From NCBI GenBank assembly GCA_964535655.1, contig CAZHTP010000002.1:90054-154053 (forward strand): a DNA stretch of 64,000 bases. The letters are read 5' to 3'. Numbering within the stretch: the stretch's first letter is position 1; each line of letters opens with the position of its first letter. Made by a program: the position numbers and the translations under genes. The DNA is from an uncultured Gammaproteobacteria bacterium (GTDB lineage: Bacteria > Patescibacteriota > Microgenomatia > JALYQM01). Below the pieces are notes generated by a model. It had not been told where the DNA came from and made no database searches. It saw only the letters and a program-made list of their open reading frames with translations. Positions 37,685 through 47,842 of this stretch are shown here, in pieces.

Positions 37685-39251
37685 ACCTGTTAAACCGGTT
37701 GTATTACTCATTTTTGATGGCTTTGGCATCGCTCCTCCCAGTAATAGCAATGCGATAAGTTTAGCAAAAATGCCTAACTACCATAATTTTTCGGCGCGCT
37801 TCCCTCATGGTCGACTTCAAGCCAGTGGAACAGCAGTTGGTTTAACTCCCGGAGAAGTAGGGTCAACAGAGGTGGGGCATTTAAATCTCGGTGCGGGAAG
37901 AGTTGTTTATCAAGATTTACCTCGAATTAACATGTCAATTTCAGAGGGGACATTCCTCTCAATCCCGGCTCTGGTAAGCGCCGCTACTCATGCCAAAGAG
38001 AATAATTCTAATTTACATCTTATGGGGCTTGTTAGCAACGGAAATGTGCATGCTTCAATCGAACATCTGTATGCGTTAATGTGGTTTGCCAGGCAGCAAG
38101 GTATGCGATCCGATCAATTAAAAATTCATGCATTCCTTGATGGTCGCGATACCGCACCTACAGCAGGTGCAATGTTCTTGGCCGAAGTCGAGCAAAAAAT
38201 TCAAGAACTACAGATTGGACAAATTGCAAGTTTGGCAGGGCGCTACTATGCCATGGATAGAGATAACCGTTGGGATCGTATCGAAAAAGCATATAAGGCA
38301 TTAGTGTTTGCTCAGGGAGATACGGCACATTCTTCGCAGGAAGCGATTCAAAATAGTTATAAAAAAAATACGACGGATGAATTTGTCGTACCAACGATCA
38401 TCTTAGACGCAAATAATCAGCCAGTTGGTCAAATTAAAGATAATGACGCTGTAATATTTTTTAATTTTCGCTCTGACAGGCCTCGCGAATTAACGAGGGC
38501 CTTTGTCCTGGGTAATTTTAATTCTTCAGAAAAACCCACATTTGATCGCGGGAAGAGATTAGATAACGTATGCTTTGTAACTATGACTGAATATGATCGT
38601 GATGTACCAGTAAGCGGCATTGCTTTTCCGCAGGAAAAAGTAAATATGCCGCTTGCTCGAGTTCTCTCTAGTCACGATATGCGCCATTTACATATCGCAG
38701 AAACAGAAAAAGAGCGGTTTACTACTTTCTTCTTTAACGGTATGCGTGAAGATCCATTCCCCGGTGAAGAACGAATTTTTATACCCTCACCAAAAATCCC
38801 CACGTATGATCTAAAGCCAGAGATGTCCAGCTTTGAAATAACAGATACCATTCTAAAGAAATTGTCTCAGCAATCTTTTGATTTTGCCGTCATCAACTTT
38901 GCTGCTACAGACATGGTTGCGCATACAGGAAAATTAGAAGCAGCTATCAAATCATGTGAAGCTCTGGATATTTGTCTTGGAAAAATAGTTAATGCGGTAC
39001 TAATGGCTGGTGGTGCCGTAGTTCTTACTGCCGACCATGGAAATGTAGAAAAATTAATCGACGAAAATGGTGGACCTGATCCGGAACACACCAATAATCC
39101 TGTTCCTCTCTTAGTTTGCGCAGAAGGATTAACCAGTATGCAAATCCCCTATGGCATACTTGCCGATGTTGCCCCGACTATTCTTGCGTTAATGGGAATA
39201 CAAAAACCCTCAGAAATGACTGGACGAAATTTGTTACCTCAAATTCACTAA
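37674..39251 (+). CDS. gpmI: 2,3-bisphosphoglycerate-independent phosphoglycerate mutase
   Basis: N-terminus KPVVLLIFDGFG and metalloenzyme/iPGM domain order. The start is taken at the Met of MLNKPVKPV, 11 nt before the enolase-like stop. Confidence 0.85.
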   Translation: MLNKPVKPVVLLIFDGFGIAPPSNSNAISLAKMPNYHNFSARFPHGRLQASGTAVGLTPGEVGSTEVGHLNLGAGRVVYQDLPRINMSISEGTFLSIPALVSAATHAKENNSNLHLMGLVSNGNVHASIEHLYALMWFARQQGMRSDQLKIHAFLDGRDTAPTAGAMFLAEVEQKIQELQIGQIASLAGRYYAMDRDNRWDRIEKAYKALVFAQGDTAHSSQEAIQNSYKKNTTDEFVVPTIILDANNQPVGQIKDNDAVIFFNFRSDRPRELTRAFVLGNFNSSEKPTFDRGKRLDNVCFVTMTEYDRDVPVSGIAFPQEKVNMPLARVLSSHDMRHLHIAETEKERFTTFFFNGMREDPFPGEERIFIPSPKIPTYDLKPEMSSFEITDTILKKLSQQSFDFAVINFAATDMVAHTGKLEAAIKSCEALDICLGKIVNAVLMAGGAVVLTADHGNVEKLIDENGGPDPEHTNNPVPLLVCAEGLTSMQIPYGILADVAPTILALMGIQKPSEMTGRNLLPQIH

Positions 39252-39296
39252 AACTTGACAGGTACTTTTGAATAGTTCACAGTATATGCAGTAAAC

Positions 39297-39422
39297 ATGT
39301 TAGACTTTCTGCTTCGTCTCTATCGTTTTGCAACAGATACTTGCTACTTCTGTGGGAGGGCAACCGAAGAATATAGCTGGAATAAAGTCTATTGTAGTAA
39401 GTGTAATCGAAAGAGTTACTAA
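39297..39422 (+). CDS. Putative small zinc-ribbon protein (41 aa, C-x2-C-x13-C-x2-C)
   Basis: Unlisted short ORF MLDFLLRLYRFATDTCYFCGRATEEYSWNKVYCSKCNRKSY in the gpmI-lexA intergenic region. Confidence 0.25.
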   Translation: MLDFLLRLYRFATDTCYFCGRATEEYSWNKVYCSKCNRKSY

Positions 39423-39548
39423 TGATTAAAACTACTGCCAATATCTTACTATTCTTTGCAATACTACCACTCGTTATGCTTTTACGAATGGTAGTTCCAA
39501 ATACCGAAGAATAAAAAAACTCTTGTACGCAAAAAAAGAGCCCTTCTT

Positions 39549-40166
39549 TTATTGGTATTTACGTATTACTCCCACAACTTTACCTTGAATTTGTACATCG
39601 GTCGCATAAATAGGTTGCATCGTACTATTAGCTGGTTCAAGTCTAATCCTTGTTGGCTCTTTATAAAATCTCTTTAATGTTGCAAGTCCATTCTCAAGGA
39701 GTGCCACCACAATTTCACCGTTTCGCGCAGTTTCTTGTCTTTCAATAATGACAAAATCTCCATCTAAAATACCATCTTCAATCATCGATTCACCTTTAAC
39801 TTGCAAAACATAGGTAGGTTTCTTACCGGAAATCATCCCAGAGCTAACTGTCATAGCGGCATTTGGATCCGTAAAAGTTGCAATAGGTTGACCAGCTGCA
39901 ATATACCCAAGGATCGGCAGTTCAACACCTTCAAGCATATTTCCCATTTTCTTTTCAAGCACTTCTATCCCACGCACCATACCTTCGTATTTACGAATTA
40001 ACTTTTTCTTTGTTAAAGCCTGCAAGTGTTCATGTACTGTTGCAAGAGATTTAACATTTATTGCATCGGCAATTTCCTGAAGAGTAGGTGAGTAGCCATT
40101 CTTTTGAATATATTGTGAAATAAAATCTAGTATCTGACGCTGCTTTCGGTATACTATAACGGGCAT
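39549..40166 (-). CDS. lexA: LexA repressor
   Basis: N-terminal winged-helix domain (TLQEIADAINVKSLATVHEHLQALTKKKLI) and a C-terminal S24 peptidase domain (GESMIEDGILDGDFVIIE..., Ser/Lys dyad context). Confidence 0.85.
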   Translation of the reverse strand: MPVIVYRKQRQILDFISQYIQKNGYSPTLQEIADAINVKSLATVHEHLQALTKKKLIRKYEGMVRGIEVLEKKMGNMLEGVELPILGYIAAGQPIATFTDPNAAMTVSSGMISGKKPTYVLQVKGESMIEDGILDGDFVIIERQETARNGEIVVALLENGLATLKRFYKEPTRIRLEPANSTMQPIYATDVQIQGKVVGVIRKYQ

Positions 40167-40226
40167 GGTATCCTCCTGCTCTTTATAAAGTAATAATTAA
40201 AAATTCACTTTCGGTATATCCCTATT

Positions 40227-40247
40227 AAACCCGAAAGCTTCGGGTTT
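40227..40247. promoter_or_regulatory. Perfect 9-3-9 inverted repeat AAACCCGAA-AGC-TTCGGGTTT in the lexA / 40387-gene divergent promoter region
   Basis: Seen directly. It sits ~60 nt upstream of the lexA start, with no convergent gene that it could terminate. Confidence 0.4.
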
Positions 40248-40339
40248 TGTCAACAACATATATTTGGGTTTTTAACGGGTATACTATCAAAAGTAAACCT
40301 AAAATAGAATTAAGCAGTCAATTGTACAATTTAAGTAGT

Positions 40340-40354
40340 GTGTTATAATAACAC
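40340..40354. promoter_or_regulatory. 15-nt perfect palindrome GTGTTATAATAACAC overlapping a TATAAT -10-like hexamer
   Basis: Seen directly. Lies ~35 nt upstream of the 40387 ORF and ~175 nt upstream of lexA. ATTGTACAAT (40321-40330) is another nearby palindrome. Confidence 0.35.
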
Positions 40355-40386
40355 TATAATTATTTATATAAGGAAGTAGTAGATAT

Positions 40387-40812
40387 ATGAGAATTACAGC
40401 CGGTATTGTAGGTGTACTTCTTATCTTAGCAATAGTTTATTTTATCCTACCAGTAGGGGTAAAAAGAGTTGTTAACCCTTTTTATAAAAACACTACAACC
40501 GCTACCCGAACCTCCCCAGCTCCATCATCGCGTGCAGCAGTTTCCTCCGATGCCCCCGACCTATTTGTTAATGCAACCACAACACCACGGGCGTCTGCAA
40601 CAGCAATCGCTTTAGCATCAACAAAAGCTACTGCAACACCACGAGCAAGTGCAAGTGTTGACCCGTTTGCAACAGCATCTCCAAACGGAACAAGAGTAGC
40701 CGGATTACCTGGAACCGGTGATGAAGAAAGAAATCCAGAATTTTTAGTTATAGAGTTACTCGCAAGTGTGCTCGTCATTATGTTCGGGTATAAACTAAGT
40801 AAACATCTCTAA
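40387..40812 (+). CDS. Hypothetical membrane protein with Ala/Thr/Ser-rich extracellular region and C-terminal TM
   Basis: N-terminal TM (ITAGIVGVLLILAIVYFIL), a low-complexity TATPRASA repeat region, and a C-terminal hydrophobic segment. Confidence 0.4.
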   Translation: MRITAGIVGVLLILAIVYFILPVGVKRVVNPFYKNTTTATRTSPAPSSRAAVSSDAPDLFVNATTTPRASATAIALASTKATATPRASASVDPFATASPNGTRVAGLPGTGDEERNPEFLVIELLASVLVIMFGYKLSKHL

Positions 40813-40907
40813 ATTCCTCTCAAACTTACATTCACACCATACTATATACTAGGACATGCAACTTGCCCCACAGCTAAAACCAGAATGATCTAGATTTTCG
40901 GTTTTTA

Positions 40908-42923
40908 TTGGGTTACAATATCCTAATGGAAGACACCAAGTTTCAGCTTGAATCAGACTTTAAACCAACAGGCGATCAGCCACAAGCGATCGAAACCTTA
41001 ATAAAAGGACTTCAAAAAGGCGACAAAAATCAGACACTATTAGGTGTTACTGGAAGTGGTAAAACGTTCTCAATAGCCAACGTTATTCAGCAGGTGCAAA
41101 AGCCAACTCTCGTCATCTCACACAATAAAACATTAGCAGCACAACTCTATCAGGAGTTTCGCGACTTCTTCCCCAAAAACGCAGTCGAGTATTTCGTTTC
41201 CTATTACGACTACTATCAGCCAGAAGCATACGTACCACAAACCGATACCTACATTGAAAAAGAAACTGAAATAAACGAAGAAATAGATAAACTGCGACTC
41301 TCTGCCACAACGTCATTACTCACTCGTCGCGATGTAATAGTTGTGGCTTCAGTATCGTGTATCTATAATATCGGTTCTCCTAAAGAATATCAGGAAGCGA
41401 TTCTAACGGCTCATGTTGGTCAGTTCACTAACATGGACTTAGCGATGAAAGTACTTTCGCGCATGTCCTATACTCGCAACGATTTTGAATTTGCCCGCGG
41501 TATCTACCGTAGGCGCGGGGACACTCTTGATGTGTATCCATCTTATACCGATTATTTTATTCGTATCGAATTTTTAGGTGATCAAATTGATCGTATCAGT
41601 CAAATTGACCCGATGAGCGGGGAGGTTCTTGATCGCCCTAAAATGATCTCGGTATATCCGGCGAAACATTACGTCACCCCAGTTGACCGTATGGAGCAGG
41701 CGATTAAAGAAATTCGTGAAGATTTAGAAATTCGTGTGGAGCAACTTAAAGCTGAAGGCAAAACAATGGAGGCCTATCGCCTTAATCAGAGAACCAACTA
41801 TGATTTAGAGATCATTCAGGAAATCGGCTATTGCAACGGTATTGAAAACTACTCCCGCTATTTTGATGGTCGAAAACCTGGTGAAGCGCCAAATTCCATG
41901 TTGGAATTTTTTCCTAAGGATTACTTGCTTGTTGTAGACGAATCACATATCACCATTCCTCAAATTCGCGGGATGTATAATGGCGACCAGGCACGCAAAA
42001 AAACACTAGTTGATTTTGGCTTTCGGCTGCCTGCTGCTATGGATAACCGCCCCTTAAAGTTTGATGAATTCCTTCGCCGTGTTAACCAGACCATTTATGT
42101 TTCAGCAACACCGAATGACTATGAGTTGAACTTATCCGATCAAGTTGTAGAACAGCTTATTCGCCCAACAGGGATTGTTGACCCAGAAATTGAAATCCGC
42201 AAAACCGAAGGTCAAATTAAAGATTTAATGAATGAAATCCTAATAAGAGCCGAAAAAAACGAAAAAGTACTAGTTACGACCTTAACAAAACGAATGTCTG
42301 AAGATTTAACAACCTTCTTAACTGAGAAAAAAGTTAAAGTTGCGTATCTTCACTCTGAAGTGGAAACACTTGATCGTAGCGATATTCTTGACGACTTACG
42401 CCGAGGGATATATGACGTTGTTGTCGGAGTTAACTTACTACGCGAAGGGCTCGATCTTCCAGAGGTTTCGCTTGTCGCGATTCTTGATGCCGACAAAGAA
42501 GGATTTCTTCGTTCACACACCAGTTTGGTGCAAACCATGGGGCGCGCCGCACGCCACATTAATGGCAAAGTAATCATGTACGCCGATCAGGAAACAAAAT
42601 CAATGAAGTCAGCAATCGACGAAGTAAATCGTCGCCGCGAAGTACAACTTGAGTACAATAAAAAACATGATGTCACTCCGGTACAAATTACTAAAAAAAT
42701 TCGAGAAAAATTAATTGACAGAATTGTAGAAGAAGAGCCAGAAAAAGTTAAAGAAAATCGTGCTGAAGCTGTATATAATCAGGCCCTTGCAGGTGAGATT
42801 ATCCCACAAGATAAAACCAAACTGATTGTCTACTTAACCAAGAAAATGAAAGAAGCAGCAAAAGAGTTCAGGTTTGAAGAAGCAGCAGTAATAAGGGATA
42901 AGATCTCAAAACTAAAAGATTAG
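40908..42923 (+). CDS. uvrB: Excinuclease ABC subunit B
   Basis: PTGDQPQAIETL, Walker A GVTGSGKTF, and helicase motifs. The start could be the Met at 40926. Confidence 0.9.
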   Translation: MGYNILMEDTKFQLESDFKPTGDQPQAIETLIKGLQKGDKNQTLLGVTGSGKTFSIANVIQQVQKPTLVISHNKTLAAQLYQEFRDFFPKNAVEYFVSYYDYYQPEAYVPQTDTYIEKETEINEEIDKLRLSATTSLLTRRDVIVVASVSCIYNIGSPKEYQEAILTAHVGQFTNMDLAMKVLSRMSYTRNDFEFARGIYRRRGDTLDVYPSYTDYFIRIEFLGDQIDRISQIDPMSGEVLDRPKMISVYPAKHYVTPVDRMEQAIKEIREDLEIRVEQLKAEGKTMEAYRLNQRTNYDLEIIQEIGYCNGIENYSRYFDGRKPGEAPNSMLEFFPKDYLLVVDESHITIPQIRGMYNGDQARKKTLVDFGFRLPAAMDNRPLKFDEFLRRVNQTIYVSATPNDYELNLSDQVVEQLIRPTGIVDPEIEIRKTEGQIKDLMNEILIRAEKNEKVLVTTLTKRMSEDLTTFLTEKKVKVAYLHSEVETLDRSDILDDLRRGIYDVVVGVNLLREGLDLPEVSLVAILDADKEGFLRSHTSLVQTMGRAARHINGKVIMYADQETKSMKSAIDEVNRRREVQLEYNKKHDVTPVQITKKIREKLIDRIVEEEPEKVKENRAEAVYNQALAGEIIPQDKTKLIVYLTKKMKEAAKEFRFEEAAVIRDKISKLKD

Positions 42924-42924
42924 A

Positions 42925-43608
42925 TTATTCTCGTTGTGAAGACAAAATCTTGTAAAATACGCTAGCCAGTTCATATCCCCAACCGAGTGTTACAAGCCCT
43001 ATCATACTAGCTATAGATTCAATATATTGCTCTTTGATCATAGGATACCAATCGAAGATTGCCAGGATTATGCATCCCACAACAATTGGAATAAAAAACA
43101 GAGTAAACAACGTTAAAGGCGTTAACTTATATTTAACTCCAAGAAAATAAAAACCTACAATACCAACAGTTATAAGAGTTAAAAGTAGAGGAATTAAAAA
43201 AACTTCGCTTACAGAGCCGTAATAATCTTTTGAGATAACTAACAGTTCACGAAGCAGTGAACGATATTGAGAAAAAATATAGGATTCAATAAAAATACAA
43301 AACGAGAATGTTATCCAAAAGTAAATATAAGGAAAAGAAAATAAAGGAGCAAGAAAAGGCTGGTCATTAGTAAAAAAGAATCTACTTTTAAATTCTTTTT
43401 CTAACGATCGTGGCGTATATTTTAGTAAAATTAACAGGACAAGGAGCGCAACTAGAAGCGGATAACCAACCAAATATAATGGCAACTCACCAACTATACA
43501 ATGAATAAAAACTCTGATACTCACAGCAAAAGCAAAAATGACCAGAGCGAATCTGACAAAATCAGCTACATAATCATTCCATAAGGAAGTAAAAGAACGA
43601 GAAGACAT
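42925..43608 (-). CDS. Polytopic membrane protein, hypothetical
   Basis: 227 aa, 6-7 hydrophobic helices. Confidence 0.45.
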   Translation of the reverse strand: MSSRSFTSLWNDYVADFVRFALVIFAFAVSIRVFIHCIVGELPLYLVGYPLLVALLVLLILLKYTPRSLEKEFKSRFFFTNDQPFLAPLFSFPYIYFWITFSFCIFIESYIFSQYRSLLRELLVISKDYYGSVSEVFLIPLLLTLITVGIVGFYFLGVKYKLTPLTLFTLFFIPIVVGCIILAIFDWYPMIKEQYIESIASMIGLVTLGWGYELASVFYKILSSQRE

Positions 43609-43665
43609 GCAACTATAGTAGCAGGGTTAACAGTCAAAATATAGTCAAAGATTGATCGTTACAGA

Positions 43666-44610
43666 CTAGGGAAGTTTAAACAAGTCTAAAATGTCGTTTG
43701 AAACTTGCGTATGCCTATGAGGTAAACCAGTGTCAATCTCTTTGTAATTTACATCGCCATTATTATAACGATCAGTCATATCTGCTCCACATGCTGACGC
43801 AATTGACCCTGAAACTCCGGGATGGAGTCGAATGTAAGTTGTTATGTCATAAAGATGTCGCCCAGTACCATTATCATATACAGTATAACAGTCTGTAGGC
43901 TTATTGTGCTGCTTTGCAATTTCAAGTAAAGGGTCAGGTGTCGCAGTTGGCGTTGGGCTGCTAGTGGGAGTAGGGCTTGCTGATGGGTTGTTGGGCGAAA
44001 AAGCAGTAATATACATCGAATAAGCCAGACTATTCAAGCTTGAAGCAGGACCCAATTGAACCGTACCTGCCGGAATGTTTTTCATATAAATATCATATAG
44101 ACCAATCAACCCTTGCTCATTTTTTCTTTTGAAGAATTGATCAATATGCGAAAGATCAGTAGTCGTCTGCTTGCTAAAACCTTGAGAAATCCATTGTGGG
44201 GCCTGCTCAAGTCCTGGTATATGTCTAGTCATAAGAAATAACTTCCCATTGCGTTGTGTTGTTATTGACCACGACAAAGTAGTACTGTCCTTAATATCTA
44301 TATTACTAGTTTGCACATACGCGAGGTTGTTAATTGTCTCATTAGGTAGAAAAAACCTAAAACGCAAGTCATCAGAATATATCTGTCCATTGGGTACAAT
44401 ACAGCTTTTTGCAAATGATCTCCCAGCGGGGCTTAAAACAGCAAAAACAGAAGTATCACACGAAGTTTGAGCAAGTAAAGGATCTACTTTCTTCAAATCG
44501 GAATCAAGCTTCTGCGTACGTAAAGTTGCATAAACTATTAGGCAAAGCAATAAGGCTGAGATTACTACAAAAAGATTTAAGAGTAAGCCGGCATCTCGTT
44601 TCACATTCAT
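43666..44610 (-). CDS. Secreted/membrane-anchored protein, paralog of 19957..21528, with Pro/Thr/Ser linker and a small Cys-containing C-terminal domain
   Basis: N-terminal TM, shared N-terminal domain, SASPTPTSSPTPTATPDP linker. Confidence 0.6.
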   Translation of the reverse strand: MNVKRDAGLLLNLFVVISALLLCLIVYATLRTQKLDSDLKKVDPLLAQTSCDTSVFAVLSPAGRSFAKSCIVPNGQIYSDDLRFRFFLPNETINNLAYVQTSNIDIKDSTTLSWSITTQRNGKLFLMTRHIPGLEQAPQWISQGFSKQTTTDLSHIDQFFKRKNEQGLIGLYDIYMKNIPAGTVQLGPASSLNSLAYSMYITAFSPNNPSASPTPTSSPTPTATPDPLLEIAKQHNKPTDCYTVYDNGTGRHLYDITTYIRLHPGVSGSIASACGADMTDRYNNGDVNYKEIDTGLPHRHTQVSNDILDLFKLP

Positions 44611-44766
44611 AACTAACTAAGTGTAATTAAGAAACATTCGCAAAGTCAATTGCCTTGTCTTAGACTAGAAATTCCTTTACAAACATGGTACACTGATTAA
44701 CGCTTTATACCCGAAAATAACCGGAAAGCATCGAACACTAACAGTATAAAATTAAGGAGATTAGGC

Positions 44767-47700
44767 ATGTCCAAAGACCTCATATCGATTAAAGGTGCGC
44801 GTGAAAATAATCTGAAAAATATTGACGTCGACATTCCCAAACATAAGTTAGTTGTATTTACCGGGCTTTCTGGCTCAGGAAAATCGTCACTTGCTTTTGA
44901 CACTATTTACGCTGAAGGTCAAAGACGATATGTGGAGTCGCTATCATCCTATGCAAGGCAATTTCTTGGAGTAATGGACAAGCCCGATGCCGATTACATC
45001 GAAGGGCTATCACCAGCAATTTCAATCGATCAGAAAGCCGCATCGCATAATCCACGCTCAACTGTTGGTACAACTACAGAAATATATGACTATCTCCGGT
45101 TGCTTTTTGCCCGGGTTGGCCATCCGCATTGTCCAAAATGTGGTCGCGAAATCCAGCATATGTCTATTGATCAAATCGTTGACTCAGTATTTCGGCTCGC
45201 CGGCGATATCATGTCTAAAGATAAACAGGTCGCTATTCGTGGTGCTCGGCTATTTATTCTGTCTCCTGTTGTAAAAGAACGAAAGGGCGAATTTAGTAAT
45301 CTTTTTGCCGACTTGCGCAAAAAAGGATTTGCCCGTGCTCGTATCGATGGCACCGTTCGTGATCTTTCTGATGACTTTGGCCTTATTAAAACCAATAAAC
45401 ATTCAATTGATGCTCTTGTTGATCGCATTGTTATTTCACAAGACGTTAGTCAATTATTTGTTAAACAGTCAAAAGAAGGTAAAGAAGCCCTCACAACCGA
45501 TGATTTTGACAAACTGCAAAGTATCCGCACTCGGGTTTCGCAGTCGGTCGAACAAGCACTAAAGCTATCAGAAGGCACAGCAATCGTATCAGATATTCAG
45601 GATAACGATCTAAACTTTCCTCAAAACCCTCAAAAAATGGAAGATCACCTATTTTCAGAAAATTTTGCCTGTCCCTTTGACAATATTTCCTTACCAGAAA
45701 TCGAACCACGCACATTTTCTTTTAATTCGCCACAAGGCGCTTGTCCCAATTGCGCCGGGCTCGGCACAGAACTAAAAATTGATGCCGATTTAATCCTTAA
45801 CCCAAACTTAAGTATCTCTGAAGGGGGAATTTTACCTTGGAATCGCCTTTCAAGCACTGAAACGTGGTTTACTCGCATCATCAATGAAGTGGCCGCTGTA
45901 AAAGGATTTGCTATAAAGGTTCCCATTAAAGAGCTTTCATCAGAAGCGATCAATATTTTGTTAAAAGGCACCGGTAACGAGACATTTTTTGTAAAAGGCG
46001 AAAATCGCCAAGGCAAACAGACTGGATTTGAAACTGTCTTTGAAGGAGTGATTCCTAACTTACTTCGTCGTTACAAAGAAACCGAGTCAGATTATGTTCG
46101 TGGTGAAATAGAAAAATATATGCGCTCAGAAATTTGTCCAATTTGCGAAGGCAAGCGACTCAAGCCAGAGGCACTTTCTGTGACAATTAATAAAGATTCA
46201 ATTTACGACATCACAAATAATTCTATAAAAAATGCCCTTACCTGGGTGCATTCTCTACAAGCCGATAAAACCCTCTCAGATCGCGAAACCACAATCGGCA
46301 AGCCAATTCTTAAAGAAATAGTTAATCGACTACAGTTTTTAATCGACGTCGGACTCGACTACCTTACCCTCAACCGTACATCAGCAACTTTAGCAGGGGG
46401 AGAAGCACAAAGAATTCGTCTAGCTTCACAAATTGGGTCCGGGCTAACGGGAGTTTTGTACGTGCTTGACGAGCCTTCAATCGGATTGCATCAACGCGAC
46501 AATACCAAATTAATCAAAACGCTCAAGCGACTTCGTGATTTAGGAAATAGTGTCATTGTTGTCGAACATGACGAAGAAACAATGGAAGACTCAGACTATA
46601 TCTTTGACTTTGGCCCAGGTGCAGGCGAGCACGGAGGACAAATTATTGCGCACGGTACCCCCGAGGAAATTAAAAAAGATAAGAAGTCCATTACTGGTCA
46701 ATATCTATCAGGCAAAAAAATCGTTGAAGTAGATAAAAACTTCTCAGTAAAAGCTCTTATGGAGTCAGATCAGCGCCGACGGAAAAAGGTCAATGAAAAT
46801 GTAATGGAGATAAAAATTCTTGGAGCAAAAGAGCACAATTTAAAAAATATTGATGTTTCAATCCCGCTTGGCAAATTCGTTACGGTAACCGGCGTTTCGG
46901 GGTCAGGAAAATCTACATTAGTCCATGACATTTTATATAAATCACTATCCGAACATTTTTTCCATTCCAAAGATAAGCCCGGAAAACACGACGATATTGT
47001 CGGCCTTGAAGCACTCGACAAATGTGTGATGATCGATCAGTCACCTATTGGTCGTACACCACGCTCTAACCCGGCAACATACACAGGAGCCTTTACCTAT
47101 ATTCGCGAGCTTTTTGCTCGAACAACAGAAGCCCAAGTCCGTGGCTATGGCCCGGGTCGCTTTAGCTTTAATGTTAAAGGCGGGCGCTGTGAAGTGTGTC
47201 AGGGTGACGGCATGATTAAAATTGAAATGCAATTTTTACCCGATGTGTATGTAAATTGCGATGCCTGTGAAGGCAAGCGCTATAATCGTGAAGCGCTTGA
47301 AGTTCATTATCGCGGCAAGAATATCTTCGATGTTCTCAACATGACGGTCGAAGAAGGACTAGATTTCTTTGGCAGCATCCCAGCATTAAGAAACAAACTC
47401 GAAACGTTATATGATGTTGGGCTAGGATACATCCGCCTAGGCCAACCTGCAACACAACTTTCTGGTGGAGAAGCCCAGCGCATTAAGCTCGCTTCCGAAT
47501 TATCCAAACGTCCAACAGGTCACACAATGTATATCCTCGACGAACCAACAACTGGCTTGCATTTTGCCGACATCTCTCGCCTGCTTTCTATCCTGCGCAG
47601 GTTAGTCAACCATGGAAATACAGTCTTAGTAATTGAGCATAATCTTGATGTGATTAAAAACGCCGATTGGCTTATTGATCTTGGCCCTGAAGGCGGCGAC

Positions 47701-47817
47701 GGAGGTGGCACACTTGTGGCGCAAGGTTCGCCCGAAGAACTTGCCGAAGTCAAAGAAAGCTATACAGGGAAGTATTTAAAGAAAATGTTTGATAAGCAAA
47801 AAGTTTTAGGGAAGTAG
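44767..47817 (+). CDS. uvrA: Excinuclease ABC subunit A
   Basis: Two ABC ATPase modules (GLSGSGKSS; GVSGSGKST) and zinc-finger Cys clusters (CPKCGRE; CEVCQGDG...CDACEGKR). Confidence 0.9.
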   Translation: MSKDLISIKGARENNLKNIDVDIPKHKLVVFTGLSGSGKSSLAFDTIYAEGQRRYVESLSSYARQFLGVMDKPDADYIEGLSPAISIDQKAASHNPRSTVGTTTEIYDYLRLLFARVGHPHCPKCGREIQHMSIDQIVDSVFRLAGDIMSKDKQVAIRGARLFILSPVVKERKGEFSNLFADLRKKGFARARIDGTVRDLSDDFGLIKTNKHSIDALVDRIVISQDVSQLFVKQSKEGKEALTTDDFDKLQSIRTRVSQSVEQALKLSEGTAIVSDIQDNDLNFPQNPQKMEDHLFSENFACPFDNISLPEIEPRTFSFNSPQGACPNCAGLGTELKIDADLILNPNLSISEGGILPWNRLSSTETWFTRIINEVAAVKGFAIKVPIKELSSEAINILLKGTGNETFFVKGENRQGKQTGFETVFEGVIPNLLRRYKETESDYVRGEIEKYMRSEICPICEGKRLKPEALSVTINKDSIYDITNNSIKNALTWVHSLQADKTLSDRETTIGKPILKEIVNRLQFLIDVGLDYLTLNRTSATLAGGEAQRIRLASQIGSGLTGVLYVLDEPSIGLHQRDNTKLIKTLKRLRDLGNSVIVVEHDEETMEDSDYIFDFGPGAGEHGGQIIAHGTPEEIKKDKKSITGQYLSGKKIVEVDKNFSVKALMESDQRRRKKVNENVMEIKILGAKEHNLKNIDVSIPLGKFVTVTGVSGSGKSTLVHDILYKSLSEHFFHSKDKPGKHDDIVGLEALDKCVMIDQSPIGRTPRSNPATYTGAFTYIRELFARTTEAQVRGYGPGRFSFNVKGGRCEVCQGDGMIKIEMQFLPDVYVNCDACEGKRYNREALEVHYRGKNIFDVLNMTVEEGLDFFGSIPALRNKLETLYDVGLGYIRLGQPATQLSGGEAQRIKLASELSKRPTGHTMYILDEPTTGLHFADISRLLSILRRLVNHGNTVLVIEHNLDVIKNADWLIDLGPEGGDGGGTLVAQGSPEELAEVKESYTGKYLKKMFDKQKVLGK

Positions 47818-47842
47818 TAAGCTCTGGTATAGTATTAGAGCA

